Numbered from the stretch's first letter, positions 1-8,721 are shown. The stretch: DNA of 64,000 nt from Chloroflexota bacterium (GCA_028874075.1 JAPPLU010000049.1:122412-186411), one strand, 5' to 3'. The notes: generated by a model from the sequence alone, not told the origin. A program made the numbers and translations.

Positions 1-184
1 TGCCACACTAACTGCATTGGTATTATATCCCTGATCTCTCTTAACCAGGCGTAGGTATGCGGATTCACCCACTTTACTGCGGACCTTCGGGGGTTCACAA
101 TACCTAGCGTTGCCAAGTCTCCGACCTGTGCAGGCTCCTGGCAAGGCAGCTGTCAAACAATGCTCCATGTGGAAAGGAAGCTAC

Positions 185-1081
185 ATGACCACTCCAAGAA
201 TTTCCGCCCTCGATCCCCATCCCCGCCACCGCGTTGACTGCGCCGGCGTGGATATGGCCTACGTGGATACGGGCACGGAATCGGTCGGCGGCCCGGTGGT
301 CTTCCTGCACGGCAATCCCACCTCGTCCTACTTGTGGCGGAACGTAATACCCCACGTGGAGCCGCTGGCACGGTGCTTGGCGCCAGACCTGGCGGGCATG
401 GGGGACTCGGGAAGGACACCGGATGGTTCGTACCGGTTTGTTGACCACCGCCACCACCTGGACGCGTGGTTCGAGGCTGTGATACCGGAAGGGCCGGTAG
501 CGCTGGTGGTACACGACTGGGGTTCGACCCTGGGCTTTCACTGGGCCTTTCGGCACCAGGACCGAATCAAGGGTCTGGCTTATATGGAGGCCTTAGTGCG
601 TCCCCTGACATGGGAGGAATGGCCCGAGGCGGCCCGGCGAGTCTTCCAGGGGTTTCGCTCACCGGCCGGGGAAGAAATGGTCTTGACCAACAATGTCTTC
701 GTGGAGCGGGTCTTGCCTGGCAGCACCGTGAAAGGCATCAGCGACGAGGCGATGCAGGTTTACCGGCGCCCCTACCTGGAGCCGGGGGAATCGCGCCGAC
801 CTACGCTCTCGTGGCCTCGGGACATCCCCATTGACGGCGACCCCCCGGACGTGGTGGCAGTAGTTGAGGAGTACGCTGAGTGGCTGACTAAATCAAGCGT
901 CCCCAAGCTGTTCATCGCCGCCGACCCGGGCGCCATATTGACCGGAGCGCAGCGGGAGTTCTGCCGGTCCTGGCCCAACCAGCAAGAGGTAACCGTCCCC
1001 GGCCTCCATTTCATCCAGGAAGACTCGCCGGACGAGATTGGCAGGGCAATCGCAGACTGGTACGCAGGCCTCGACGCCTGA
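185..1081 (+). CDS. Haloalkane dehalogenase-like alpha/beta hydrolase (HLD-II type)
   Basis: Track ORF 110..1081; ATG at 185 follows GGAAAGGAAG. Motifs HGNPTSSYLWRN, VVHDWGS (Asp nucleophile plus Trp) and GLHFIQED (catalytic His region) are the hallmark set of LinB/DhaA-type dehalogenases. Confidence 0.85.
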   Translation: MTTPRISALDPHPRHRVDCAGVDMAYVDTGTESVGGPVVFLHGNPTSSYLWRNVIPHVEPLARCLAPDLAGMGDSGRTPDGSYRFVDHRHHLDAWFEAVIPEGPVALVVHDWGSTLGFHWAFRHQDRIKGLAYMEALVRPLTWEEWPEAARRVFQGFRSPAGEEMVLTNNVFVERVLPGSTVKGISDEAMQVYRRPYLEPGESRRPTLSWPRDIPIDGDPPDVVAVVEEYAEWLTKSSVPKLFIAADPGAILTGAQREFCRSWPNQQEVTVPGLHFIQEDSPDEIGRAIADWYAGLDA

Positions 1082-1143
1082 AGTTGCAGAAACATTTCCA
1101 CGGACAAGCAGGAAGGGCAATAGCCCACACAGGAAAATCAGGA

Positions 1144-1160
1144 GGGATTCTGAGAATCCC
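1144..1160. terminator. Perfect 7-bp hairpin between convergent genes (possible bidirectional terminator)
   Basis: GGGATTC-TGA-GAATCCC sits between the stop of the dehalogenase (1081) and the stop of the minus-strand gene (1228). No clear U-tract. Confidence 0.3.
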
Positions 1161-1227
1161 AGCATTGGTTTCCTGGCTTTCTGCTATGGCCATCAGAGCT
1201 TTCGAAACGGTTCCGGGGTGCACGCAT

Positions 1228-2250
1228 CTAACTGACAAACATGGCGTACCCGGCGACGTTCACAGAGCCGTCCCTCCCCTCCATGGGCGCCCACAGATTC
1301 AGCCTGTACACCCCCGGGCCACTCTCACGCCTCACGCTGCCGATGTCCGCGGCTACGGCAAAGCCTTCGGCCGACACATCCCACCGGCTGCACGTTAACA
1401 ATGGGTAGTCTACCTGAACCCGGCGAGGCCGCTCGTTCCTGTGGTAGGCCTCCTGCACGAGAGCCTGAACTTCAACCGGATTGGACGGCACGGGCGAATT
1501 GGACGGAAAGTCCTCGGGTGCAGTGTGCCTTTCCACGGTTAAGCTGGTCCAGTCTTCCAGCCAGTACTGCCCCGCCGGTGGGGGACGCCGAAGGCTGGCG
1601 ATGATGGCGCCGTAATCGTAGGCGTTCACCCTCAGCAGTTGTCCCACAGTGGCAGGTTTGGGCAACGGATCGTACCAGAGATCTGCCGACAGGTCTGCCT
1701 CGCTCTGTATCCTCACCCCGTTCTTCACCCTTCCGGCAAAGGCAAGGACGTGGTTGGCGACGGCTGGCAGACTGTCGAATTCGACGTAGTCTCCTTCCAA
1801 TTCCACCACCAGCATAAAATTGTGCTTGTTCCAAGCTATGCCAATGTTGGCCTTGCGGTACAAGGAGTCGAGAACCATACGGCGATTCCCCATGGTCTCG
1901 AAGATCCAGGTCACTCCATCCTCTATCATCAACTCCAGGTCGGTAATGCCCTCGGGTTCGGGCTTGCCCCACATGAAGGCGGTACTAGCCTGGTACCCTC
2001 CGGCCAGGCTATACCTCATATAGGGCTTCAGGCCCTCCGGGTCCCATTGCGAAACCATACCGATGGCCAGGCACTTGTCGGCGTGCCGCTGCGCCGCAGG
2101 AATGCGTCCCATTTCCACGAAGGGGGCATTCCCCTCCTTTCTGAAGTAGTTGACCAGTTCCAGGGCCCGGTCATAATACTCCGGCCTCACCGGCAGGGGA
2201 GGCACACTGGGCCCGAACGGCGAGTAATACCTGCGCTGTTGGGATGTCAT
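1228..2250 (-). CDS. Hypothetical protein; N-terminal half weakly CAP/SCP (PR-1, YkwD)-like, C-terminal half unassigned
   Basis: 340-aa ORF. ATG 2250 has AGGAG upstream and lies only 22 nt after the stop of the protease gene. The layout ELVNyfR...aaqrHA...NIGIAW resembles CAP domains. No signal peptide seen. Confidence 0.6.
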   Translation of the reverse strand: MTSQQRRYYSPFGPSVPPLPVRPEYYDRALELVNYFRKEGNAPFVEMGRIPAAQRHADKCLAIGMVSQWDPEGLKPYMRYSLAGGYQASTAFMWGKPEPEGITDLELMIEDGVTWIFETMGNRRMVLDSLYRKANIGIAWNKHNFMLVVELEGDYVEFDSLPAVANHVLAFAGRVKNGVRIQSEADLSADLWYDPLPKPATVGQLLRVNAYDYGAIIASLRRPPPAGQYWLEDWTSLTVERHTAPEDFPSNSPVPSNPVEVQALVQEAYHRNERPRRVQVDYPLLTCSRWDVSAEGFAVAADIGSVRRESGPGVYRLNLWAPMEGRDGSVNVAGYAMFVS

Positions 2251-2272
2251 TCCGCACTCCTGCAGATCATTT

Positions 2273-3895
2273 CTACTTTACCCGCCTGGCGCTTAGCAGA
2301 ATCATGTCGCGAAGCTGCTCGTTAGTCAGGCCGAACTCGTTCTGCTCGTGCCGCAGATCGTCGCAAACATCGATGCGGAGGAGGAACGCGGAGTTCCTGG
2401 TGCTGTAGTGAACATAGGCGCCCTTGCGGGTCATCCAGCCAATCAGGCAGCGATCATTTTCGTACTTGTACTGGACTGCGCTGCTGCTGGCGGTGGGCCA
2501 GCCCCGCAGGAAGGGTGCGTCCCGCACTGCCACCACCTTCCTGGCGTTGCCGTCGGTAATGCTGTGGGCCACCCAGTTCTGGGATATCAGGTCCGCGGTT
2601 AGCAGGCTGGAGAAGTTCTGCGTCTTGTAATCGATAAGAATGGCCCCGTCTTTGCTTTGCAGCCTGTAGCCTGGCGGGCCACCCCAGAAGTTGCCGGGTA
2701 TGTCGAAGGAAAACTCAATATCCCCCCTGGAGAAGTTGTGGGCCAGCCATGGCACGGGCGTGGGCGGAGGTATTGGCGTGGCCGTAGGCGTGGGAGTTGG
2801 CAGCGGTGTGGCTGTGGGCGTCGGTAGTGGAGTACTCGTCGGTTCAGGTGCAGGAGTCAGGGTTGGATCGGGGTTAGCGGTCGGCTCCGACGTGGCCGTA
2901 GGCGTCGGGGCCACCGTTGGAGTCGGGGTGGGATCCGGAGTCGAGGTTGGGGTTGGGGTTGACGTTGGCTCCGGGACGATGGTCGGCAGCGCCGCCAGCT
3001 GGCCGGATGCTGGCGGGACGCAGTTTACCATCCGGTTCGGCAACGGGTAAGGGACTTCGTTGACGGGAATGGCCAGACCCACGCCCTCAATGGCGACACC
3101 CCCGGCCTGGCGCAATACCTGGGTGTTGATACCCACGACGCAGCCCAGAGCGTTTACCAATGGACCGCCGCTATTGCCCGGATTCAGGGGCGTATCCGTC
3201 TGAAGGTAGCCGTTGACCCTGCCCGATAGAAGCCCGCCGGTAATGGTCGGTTCCAGCCCAAGAATTTCCGCCAGGGGATATCCAATTGCATAGGCCGCTT
3301 CGCCCAGCCGCACCTGGTCGGAGTCGCCAACTGCCAGGGCCGTCAGAGGAGGGGCATCGACCACTTCCAGGTATGCCAGGTCAATCCGGCTGTCCCGGTC
3401 CAGGACATTGGCGCGATACCGGTCGCCGCCGGTCAGATCGACCCACACCTGGTTGTAATTCCCCACCACATGGGCGTTGGTGATGACGAACCCCTGGTTG
3501 TCCGCCACGAATCCAGACCCCGTAGCGGAAGGGGTGGTGACCAGCACAACCCCCCGGCTGACGGCGCTGTAAATATCCGATGGTTGAGGCAGGGCAGTGC
3601 CGCCGGCAACGGGAGCCGCAAGGGCGGGAGTGGGTTCCGGCAGCACGGGAGCCGCCGGCGCGGGGTTATTGCTCACCTGCGAAGCTGGAACCAGGGGCTG
3701 GGCGCCGCTGCCCGAGTCGGAAGAAAAAGCGAAGAGAAACAGGAGGTAGCCTCCGATCGCCAACACTGCTCCCACACCCCAGAAACGCTTCTGGCCAACC
3801 ATGTTAATGAGGTTTCTCTGCCGGACCCGTTCCTTACAATAGGCACAAAAGAGCCACCAGTCAGGAATTAGTTCATTGCAGTTGGGACATTTCAT
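2273..3895 (-). CDS. Membrane-anchored trypsin-like (S1C/HtrA-type) serine protease with N-terminal zinc ribbon, Pro/Thr linker and unassigned C-terminal domain
   Basis: Zinc ribbon [22 protein letters not shown] segment [19 protein letters not shown]. Protease motifs ITNAHVV (His), RIDLAYLEV (Asp) and GNSGGPLV (Ser). About 80 aa of PTPTPT-type linker. The last ~150 aa have no motif I recognise. Start set at ATG 3895; the track ORF begins at a TTG at 3994. Confidence 0.8.
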   Translation of the reverse strand: MKCPNCNELIPDWWLFCAYCKERVRQRNLINMVGQKRFWGVGAVLAIGGYLLFLFAFSSDSGSGAQPLVPASQVSNNPAPAAPVLPEPTPALAAPVAGGTALPQPSDIYSAVSRGVVLVTTPSATGSGFVADNQGFVITNAHVVGNYNQVWVDLTGGDRYRANVLDRDSRIDLAYLEVVDAPPLTALAVGDSDQVRLGEAAYAIGYPLAEILGLEPTITGGLLSGRVNGYLQTDTPLNPGNSGGPLVNALGCVVGINTQVLRQAGGVAIEGVGLAIPVNEVPYPLPNRMVNCVPPASGQLAALPTIVPEPTSTPTPTSTPDPTPTPTVAPTPTATSEPTANPDPTLTPAPEPTSTPLPTPTATPLPTPTPTATPIPPPTPVPWLAHNFSRGDIEFSFDIPGNFWGGPPGYRLQSKDGAILIDYKTQNFSSLLTADLISQNWVAHSITDGNARKVVAVRDAPFLRGWPTASSSAVQYKYENDRCLIGWMTRKGAYVHYSTRNSAFLLRIDVCDDLRHEQNEFGLTNEQLRDMILLSARRVK

Positions 3896-4091
3896 AGGCA
3901 AGACGCCTGACCTTCGTGAGATTGTCCGGAACAGCGACGTACTCGCGTTACCAGCATGGAAATGGGTCAAGGACAGCTTCTTGTCCCACGGCAAAGAAAC
4001 CGGAGAAAGCTATCGACGGGCAACGTCCATCTATCTATGGCTTACGGATTAATACGCCCAATAATCCCCCTTTAAGCTGGCTCGCATTTCC

Positions 4092-5525
4092 CTATGGCGG
4101 ACCACATCGCGGACAACACTGGAAGTTATCAGGAATTTCTGTCCCGCAACTTCGACAGGGTGAGGTTTTCTGGGAGAGATAGGCCAGGCAATTCGGATTT
4201 TGGCACACAATCTTTGTGTCCTGGTTATCCATCCCGCATTGCGGGCAACTGACCAGCCGCACGATGGGCTGGGCTTGCCGGTTACGAGTTGCCTCCGGGG
4301 TCTGCTGCCGGTTCTGCCGGTTGCGTGGACCCATCGGAGTTTGCTGGCGAGATTGCGTGTGGTGCGGTGCGGACGGATTCTGCTGTTGTTGCGCAGCCTG
4401 ATTCGAGCTGGAATTTCCAGTGTTGTTGCCCGCGCCGGAGATGGTAGTGCTGTAGTTAACCGTGGCCTGCTGGCCCAGGTTATTTCCTCCCTTGCTTGCC
4501 AGGTGATGGCCCAGGTTCAGAACCTCGGCGGCGGAGTAACTTCTGCCACCGGCAAAGGTGTGTCCGAAGTAATTCATCCAATTGGGGGAGAGCTGTTCCC
4601 ACCGTTCTTTAGACCTGGCGGGGGTTGACAGGGTAGGGTGGTGGAAGGGGAATTCACGATTGGCAATCCTCTCCTTGTATGTCTGGGAGCCGCCGATATT
4701 ATCCAGGGGGTGAACACCGTTCATCAAGAGCTTGAACAGGATAACAGCAATGGCAAAATTGTCGTCTTCAGCTAAACGGTCAAAACAGAGAAACTCCTTC
4801 TTGTGCCGCCCCCTGGGTTTCCCCGATGGACACCGGTCCTGGTTGCAGTCATCTGCAGTGAGACCAATAACACGGGGACTGAGAAAGTCCGGCTTGCCCA
4901 CGGGACTGCGGTGAACGGTCCGGTTCTTCTTGTCCTGTACCTGGAATGAATCGGAGTCCACGAAGGCCACCCGACCCTCGTAATTGACGAGAATGTTGCT
5001 TTCGTTAACGTCGCCAATTACGTAACCCAGCCTGTGGATATTGCCGAGTATGGTCAGGATGTTGCGGACTACTACGTTGAGCAGGGTCTCCAGGTCTTCC
5101 CCATCCGTGGGAACTCTCAGGTCCTGCCGCGCCAGTGTGGCGTTCAGTTCCCTTCTTTTGGCGGGGTTGTAATAGTTCAAGATATCTTTGTAGAGGCCCA
5201 TGTCGATTTTCGGCATGGTGAAGCCTGCCATCAGCCCGTCAAAGGGCCCACCGTAGTACCAGAGGATTTCTTCAGGCCACGCCAGGGCCACATTGTTGTC
5301 CGCATCTCTCGTAGGAGGCGCGTTTTCGATCATGGCGGCAAGCTTCTGTTCCTTCCGTTTCCACAGCGCCGTTGGCGTGGGTCCAGTGGGTATATCCTTG
5401 GTGTATATCTTGGCTACCAAATCCGGTTGGTCGTTGACCGCATAAACGACGGCTTCCCCGCCAGAACCCAGGGGACTGTCGGGGGTCTGAATGATCCGCT
5501 TACTGCTGGTACGGCAGGTTGGCAT
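4092..5525 (-). CDS. Ser/Thr protein-kinase-like protein with Q/N-rich spacer and C-terminal double zinc ribbon
   Basis: GSGGEAVVY (Gly loop), VAKIY (Lys), HRLGYVIGDVNESNILV (catalytic loop) and FVDSDSF (DFG equivalent). C-terminal CPQCG..CQNPNC..CRSCG..CPRCG. ATG at 5525, 13 nt after the PP2C stop. Confidence 0.8.
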   Translation of the reverse strand: MPTCRTSSKRIIQTPDSPLGSGGEAVVYAVNDQPDLVAKIYTKDIPTGPTPTALWKRKEQKLAAMIENAPPTRDADNNVALAWPEEILWYYGGPFDGLMAGFTMPKIDMGLYKDILNYYNPAKRRELNATLARQDLRVPTDGEDLETLLNVVVRNILTILGNIHRLGYVIGDVNESNILVNYEGRVAFVDSDSFQVQDKKNRTVHRSPVGKPDFLSPRVIGLTADDCNQDRCPSGKPRGRHKKEFLCFDRLAEDDNFAIAVILFKLLMNGVHPLDNIGGSQTYKERIANREFPFHHPTLSTPARSKERWEQLSPNWMNYFGHTFAGGRSYSAAEVLNLGHHLASKGGNNLGQQATVNYSTTISGAGNNTGNSSSNQAAQQQQNPSAPHHTQSRQQTPMGPRNRQNRQQTPEATRNRQAQPIVRLVSCPQCGMDNQDTKIVCQNPNCLAYLSQKTSPCRSCGTEIPDNFQCCPRCGPP

Positions 5526-5538
5526 CAATTGCCCCCGT

Positions 5539-6303
5539 TTACCTTCTGATGGTCAATAGCAAAGTGATGTCGTCGTCGCTCTTGGACGTAACCCGAGACG
5601 AGCTGAGCAGCCCGGATAGTTCGGCCTCCACCCGTAGCGGGTCCGATTGACCCTCCAGCCACTGGAAGACGTTATTGAAGAAACCAAAAAAGGGCTGTTG
5701 GGTAGCGCGCTCAATCACCAGGTTCTCCAAACCGTCGGAGAACATAGCCAGGTATCTCGGCTGAGCCTCAACCACCTTCACCTCCATCTGTTCCAACCAT
5801 TCCCTCGAGGTAATAAAGGTGGTCTGGTTGACGTACTCGCCGTGCTGGGGCGCGGTGAGGCAATCGAATCCTCCCCGATCGTTGGAAATGACCATACCGC
5901 CATCTCCCACCTGGGCGGCCCCCAGGAGGGTATCCGTCTGGATGGACAGCAGCAGGGTATTGGCGTAGGACCGCAGAGGCTCGCCAGACTGGCGGGACAA
6001 TTCCTCCAGGGACTGCCGGACGCCGTAGGCCGATTCCCTGAGGACTTTTTCCAGATCGGCAGCTGTTGGGGGCTTAGCCAGGTCCAGCATGCGCCAGGCG
6101 GCAGCGCTGGTGGCCCGGGTGGTAGTTACCGTGGCGCCCAGGGCCGCGTTTCGGGCCGAACCGGCGCCGTCGGACACTACCGCAATGGCGAAGTCTGCCT
6201 CTACCCGGTGAAACGCCCGATCCTGCCGCTCGACGCCCCGCCGCAGGTGACGGGCACCGGCCACGGAAGCGCTGTAAGCCCATATTCCACTGCGATTGAC
6301 CAC
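5539..6303 (-). CDS. PP2C-family protein phosphatase
   Basis: Metal-binding Asp motifs VVSDGAGS and MFSDGL. GTG at 6303 shares its G with the vWA stop codon (TAGTG) and has GAGG upstream. An alternative GTG at 6393 would overlap the vWA gene by 91 nt. Confidence 0.75.
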   Translation of the reverse strand: MVNRSGIWAYSASVAGARHLRRGVERQDRAFHRVEADFAIAVVSDGAGSARNAALGATVTTTRATSAAAWRMLDLAKPPTAADLEKVLRESAYGVRQSLEELSRQSGEPLRSYANTLLLSIQTDTLLGAAQVGDGGMVISNDRGGFDCLTAPQHGEYVNQTTFITSREWLEQMEVKVVEAQPRYLAMFSDGLENLVIERATQQPFFGFFNNVFQWLEGQSDPLRVEAELSGLLSSSRVTSKSDDDITLLLTIRR

Positions 6304-7013
6304 TAGACCTCGGCCCAGCCTGCGGGGCTGGACAAGGATACGGCGTCGCTGGGTTGCGACTGAGAAACCGAAGACATGGAGGCGGACAGCCACTGGAACA
6401 TTTCCCTAAAGTTCAGCCCCTGCAACTTCAGGGCTTGCCGGCTGCCTATGCTGTCCAGTTCAGTTAAGTCAGCACCTTCGACGCCGACGGTGAAGAAGGC
6501 AAGCTGCCGGTCGTTCTCGGCCTGCTTGACGCGGGCCTTGGCATTTTCCCAATCGGTGGCTGTGTCATGCTCCGGGTAGCCGTCGCAGATCAACCAAACC
6601 CAGGGCCGGTAGTAAGTGATGCCGTTGTCCCGATACGTTTGCTTCCTTTGTTCAACCAAGTCCAGGGCCATTTCAATTGCACCGGAAATCCTCGTTCCGC
6701 CGCTCACCTCCAGCATGGGCGGGTCGAAGCGGTCCACGGTGGTAAAGTCGTGGATCACCGATGCCTCGTGGTTAAAGGCTATAACTCCTATTTCCGTACG
6801 CAGCGATGCCAGGGTGTCATCTTCGATGCAGGACTTGAAGAACTTCAGGCCGTCGTTCAGTTGCCGGATGGGTATCTCCCCATTTCTTTCGAAACCCATG
6901 GAATTCGACACATCCAGCACCAGAAGGCAGGCGCAGCGAGGTTCCGGGTTATCCGCGAAGATCACCGAGTCTTCCAAGCTGGGAGACTGCGAAAGGTCGT
7001 TCTGTCCTACCAT
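6303..7013 (-). CDS. von Willebrand factor A (vWA) domain protein, TerY-like
   Basis: MIDAS motif LDVSNSM (DxSxS) after NPEPRCACLLV; also GGTRISGAIEMA and WLICDGYP. ATG 7013 is preceded by GGAGGA. Confidence 0.8.
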   Translation of the reverse strand: MVGQNDLSQSPSLEDSVIFADNPEPRCACLLVLDVSNSMGFERNGEIPIRQLNDGLKFFKSCIEDDTLASLRTEIGVIAFNHEASVIHDFTTVDRFDPPMLEVSGGTRISGAIEMALDLVEQRKQTYRDNGITYYRPWVWLICDGYPEHDTATDWENAKARVKQAENDRQLAFFTVGVEGADLTELDSIGSRQALKLQGLNFREMFQWLSASMSSVSQSQPSDAVSLSSPAGWAEV

Positions 7014-7070
7014 CTACTTTCCTCCATTTGTCGTTCGGGTCGGCCGACTGTTCACTGCCTTGCCATCCGA

Positions 7071-7099
7071 TATATAGGTTACCTCCTCCACCCTGTCAA
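7071..7099 (-). promoter_or_regulatory. Sigma70-like promoter for the vWA-PP2C-kinase operon
   Basis: Read on the minus strand: TTGACA (7099-7094), 17-nt spacer, TATATA (7076-7071), about 58 nt upstream of the vWA ATG. Confidence 0.55.
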
Positions 7100-7178
7100 C
7101 CAAAATTCTGAAAATCCCTATTTGCTTATTTCACCTTTTGTCGCTGACCACTTCTCGACTCCGGTTCCCTCACCTGCC

Positions 7179-7709
7179 CTATGGCCCGGAACGCTTCGGC
7201 CACCCGGATGGCCAGTACTTCAGGTAAAGGCCGAACAGCAGCAGGCCCAGATGAATTGCCACCAGGTGCAGCAGCCCTATCTGGGGTATGGGCACTCCGA
7301 ACAGGGCATTGGGCGGGCTGTCCATCATCGGATGGGACGCCACCCGCAGCGCCAGCAAGGGCAGGACAACTATTGCCAGGTGTGTCTTAACTGGGTTCCG
7401 CCCCCGCATTATCGCCAGAAATGCGGTGAAAGACAGCAGAATCGTCAGGGCCGGCGCAATTACAAACAGGAAAGCCCCCAGGGGATTCGCCTGGAACCAG
7501 GCCGCCAGGGAGTCGTTGAACAAGCTGTAGCCCAGCAACCGGCTTCCCGTCATAGAGCCCGTGGGCCCCACCGGCATCCAGGGCAGCAGGATAAATACCA
7601 GGGCCAAACCGGCCAGCGCAGACCTGACCTGGTCAACCCTGCTCTGGTTGGGCAGTGGACTATTAAAGGCTTCCAGCAAACTGGAGCCGATGCTCTTCAT
7701 CCGCTGCAC
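7179..7709 (-). CDS. Integral membrane protein (about 4 TM helices), unknown function
   Basis: 176-aa ORF with several hydrophobic stretches (LAGLALVFILLPW, AFLFVIAPALTILLSFTAFLAI, LAIVVLPLLAL, LLHLVAIHLGLLLFGLYL). GTG 7709 lies 8 nt after AGGAG and 11 nt after the upstream stop. Confidence 0.6.
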   Translation of the reverse strand: MQRMKSIGSSLLEAFNSPLPNQSRVDQVRSALAGLALVFILLPWMPVGPTGSMTGSRLLGYSLFNDSLAAWFQANPLGAFLFVIAPALTILLSFTAFLAIMRGRNPVKTHLAIVVLPLLALRVASHPMMDSPPNALFGVPIPQIGLLHLVAIHLGLLLFGLYLKYWPSGWPKRSGP

Positions 7710-7720
7710 GGTTGCCGCTC

Positions 7721-8629
7721 CTACTGATTGTGAACGACTCCGGGGTTAAAGCTCTGCTGCAGTTGTTCCGACCTGGCCCGGAAGAGCGCCAGGTCGTTGT
7801 GAAGCTGGGAAACGGCATGGGGTATGGTCTGAAACTCCTGGTGCAGGGCCAGGAAGTTGGCCGACAGCCGTATCTTGGTAATCTCCAGGTTCAGCTGCCT
7901 CAGCTCCGCCATGATTAAGTTGGACTGGCTAAGAATGCTGTTGGCCTGCAGTTGCCACTGGCGGTAAAGCTCCTGTTCCTGCCGGTCACGGTTTTGGAAC
8001 AGCGCTTTGCGCTCGGGATTGGTCATCAGGCTGGTCAGATGAGCCTGCCGCTCAAAATACTCGGCGGCGGTTACGTTCGCCCGGTCAACCCGCCACTGAA
8101 ACCGCTTGTGAGCGTCCAAAGCCAGGTTGTACCTGGCAGACCATTCGTCGTAAAACTGCTCCACTGCCATGGTGTATTCGGTCTGCTGAATCCCCAGGTC
8201 CTCCACCATTTCGTCCGCAAAGTCAGCGGCATCGGCGGCGGCCAGGTCCGATGGACTGTTATATTCCGGGTACCGGTCGGGCGTGGGTTCCGGCTCCGCG
8301 CCGACCACAGGGGGCTCGCCGCCCGAAGCGTCGCCCTGAGGGCCTTGCCCGGTACCCGGACCAGACGGGGATCCGGGCACGTCGTTCGCCGTTCCGGGGG
8401 CGCCGCCTGGCAACTTCATACTGATGTTCCGGCCCGGCGGGACCGGGGGCAGTACGTTGGCAAAGGAACTGTCAAGCCTGCCGGCGGTGCGGTTGGTGCG
8501 CGTCACCTCTTCGGTCAACTTTGTGGCGGGACGCTCATTGGGGTCCTGCGACAGGTGGCCGATGGTCTGCACGATAATCACGCCGGCCACAATTGCGGCA
8601 ATGGCGATAAGGCCCATCTTGATCAGCAT
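7721..8629 (-). CDS. Single-pass membrane protein: N-terminal TM, Pro/Gly-rich segment, C-terminal helical/coiled-coil domain
   Basis: TM MGLIAIAAIVAGVIIVQTI. Low-complexity PGGAPGTANDVPGSPSGPGTGQGPQG. The C-terminal ~170 aa are rich in heptad-like Q/L/R/E. ATG 8629 is preceded by GGAGG. Confidence 0.65.
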   Translation of the reverse strand: MLIKMGLIAIAAIVAGVIIVQTIGHLSQDPNERPATKLTEEVTRTNRTAGRLDSSFANVLPPVPPGRNISMKLPGGAPGTANDVPGSPSGPGTGQGPQGDASGGEPPVVGAEPEPTPDRYPEYNSPSDLAAADAADFADEMVEDLGIQQTEYTMAVEQFYDEWSARYNLALDAHKRFQWRVDRANVTAAEYFERQAHLTSLMTNPERKALFQNRDRQEQELYRQWQLQANSILSQSNLIMAELRQLNLEITKIRLSANFLALHQEFQTIPHAVSQLHNDLALFRARSEQLQQSFNPGVVHNQ

Positions 8630-8692
8630 AGTAACCTCCCCGGGCCTCGGGCAGATTCTGGCACCCTGATCTCCCGTGATATTACTACATCA

Positions 8693-8721
8693 TACATAGG
8701 CACGCCATGCTATGTTGTCAA
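8693..8721 (-). promoter_or_regulatory. Sigma70-like promoter for the two membrane-protein genes
   Basis: Minus strand: TTGACA (8721-8716), 17-nt spacer, TATGTA (8698-8693). Confidence 0.5.

Noticed and set aside
2691-3050. 119-aa ORF made of GVGVGSGV repeats
   Set aside because: It is the antisense reading of the Pro/Thr linker (PTPTPT) of the protease gene, not an independent glycine-rich protein.
5539-6393. Long form of the PP2C ORF starting at GTG 6393
   Set aside because: It would overlap the vWA gene by 91 nt with an Arg-rich, non-PP2C-like extension. The GTG at 6303 gives a 1-nt stop/start overlap and a normal PP2C N-terminus. The long form is not strictly excluded.
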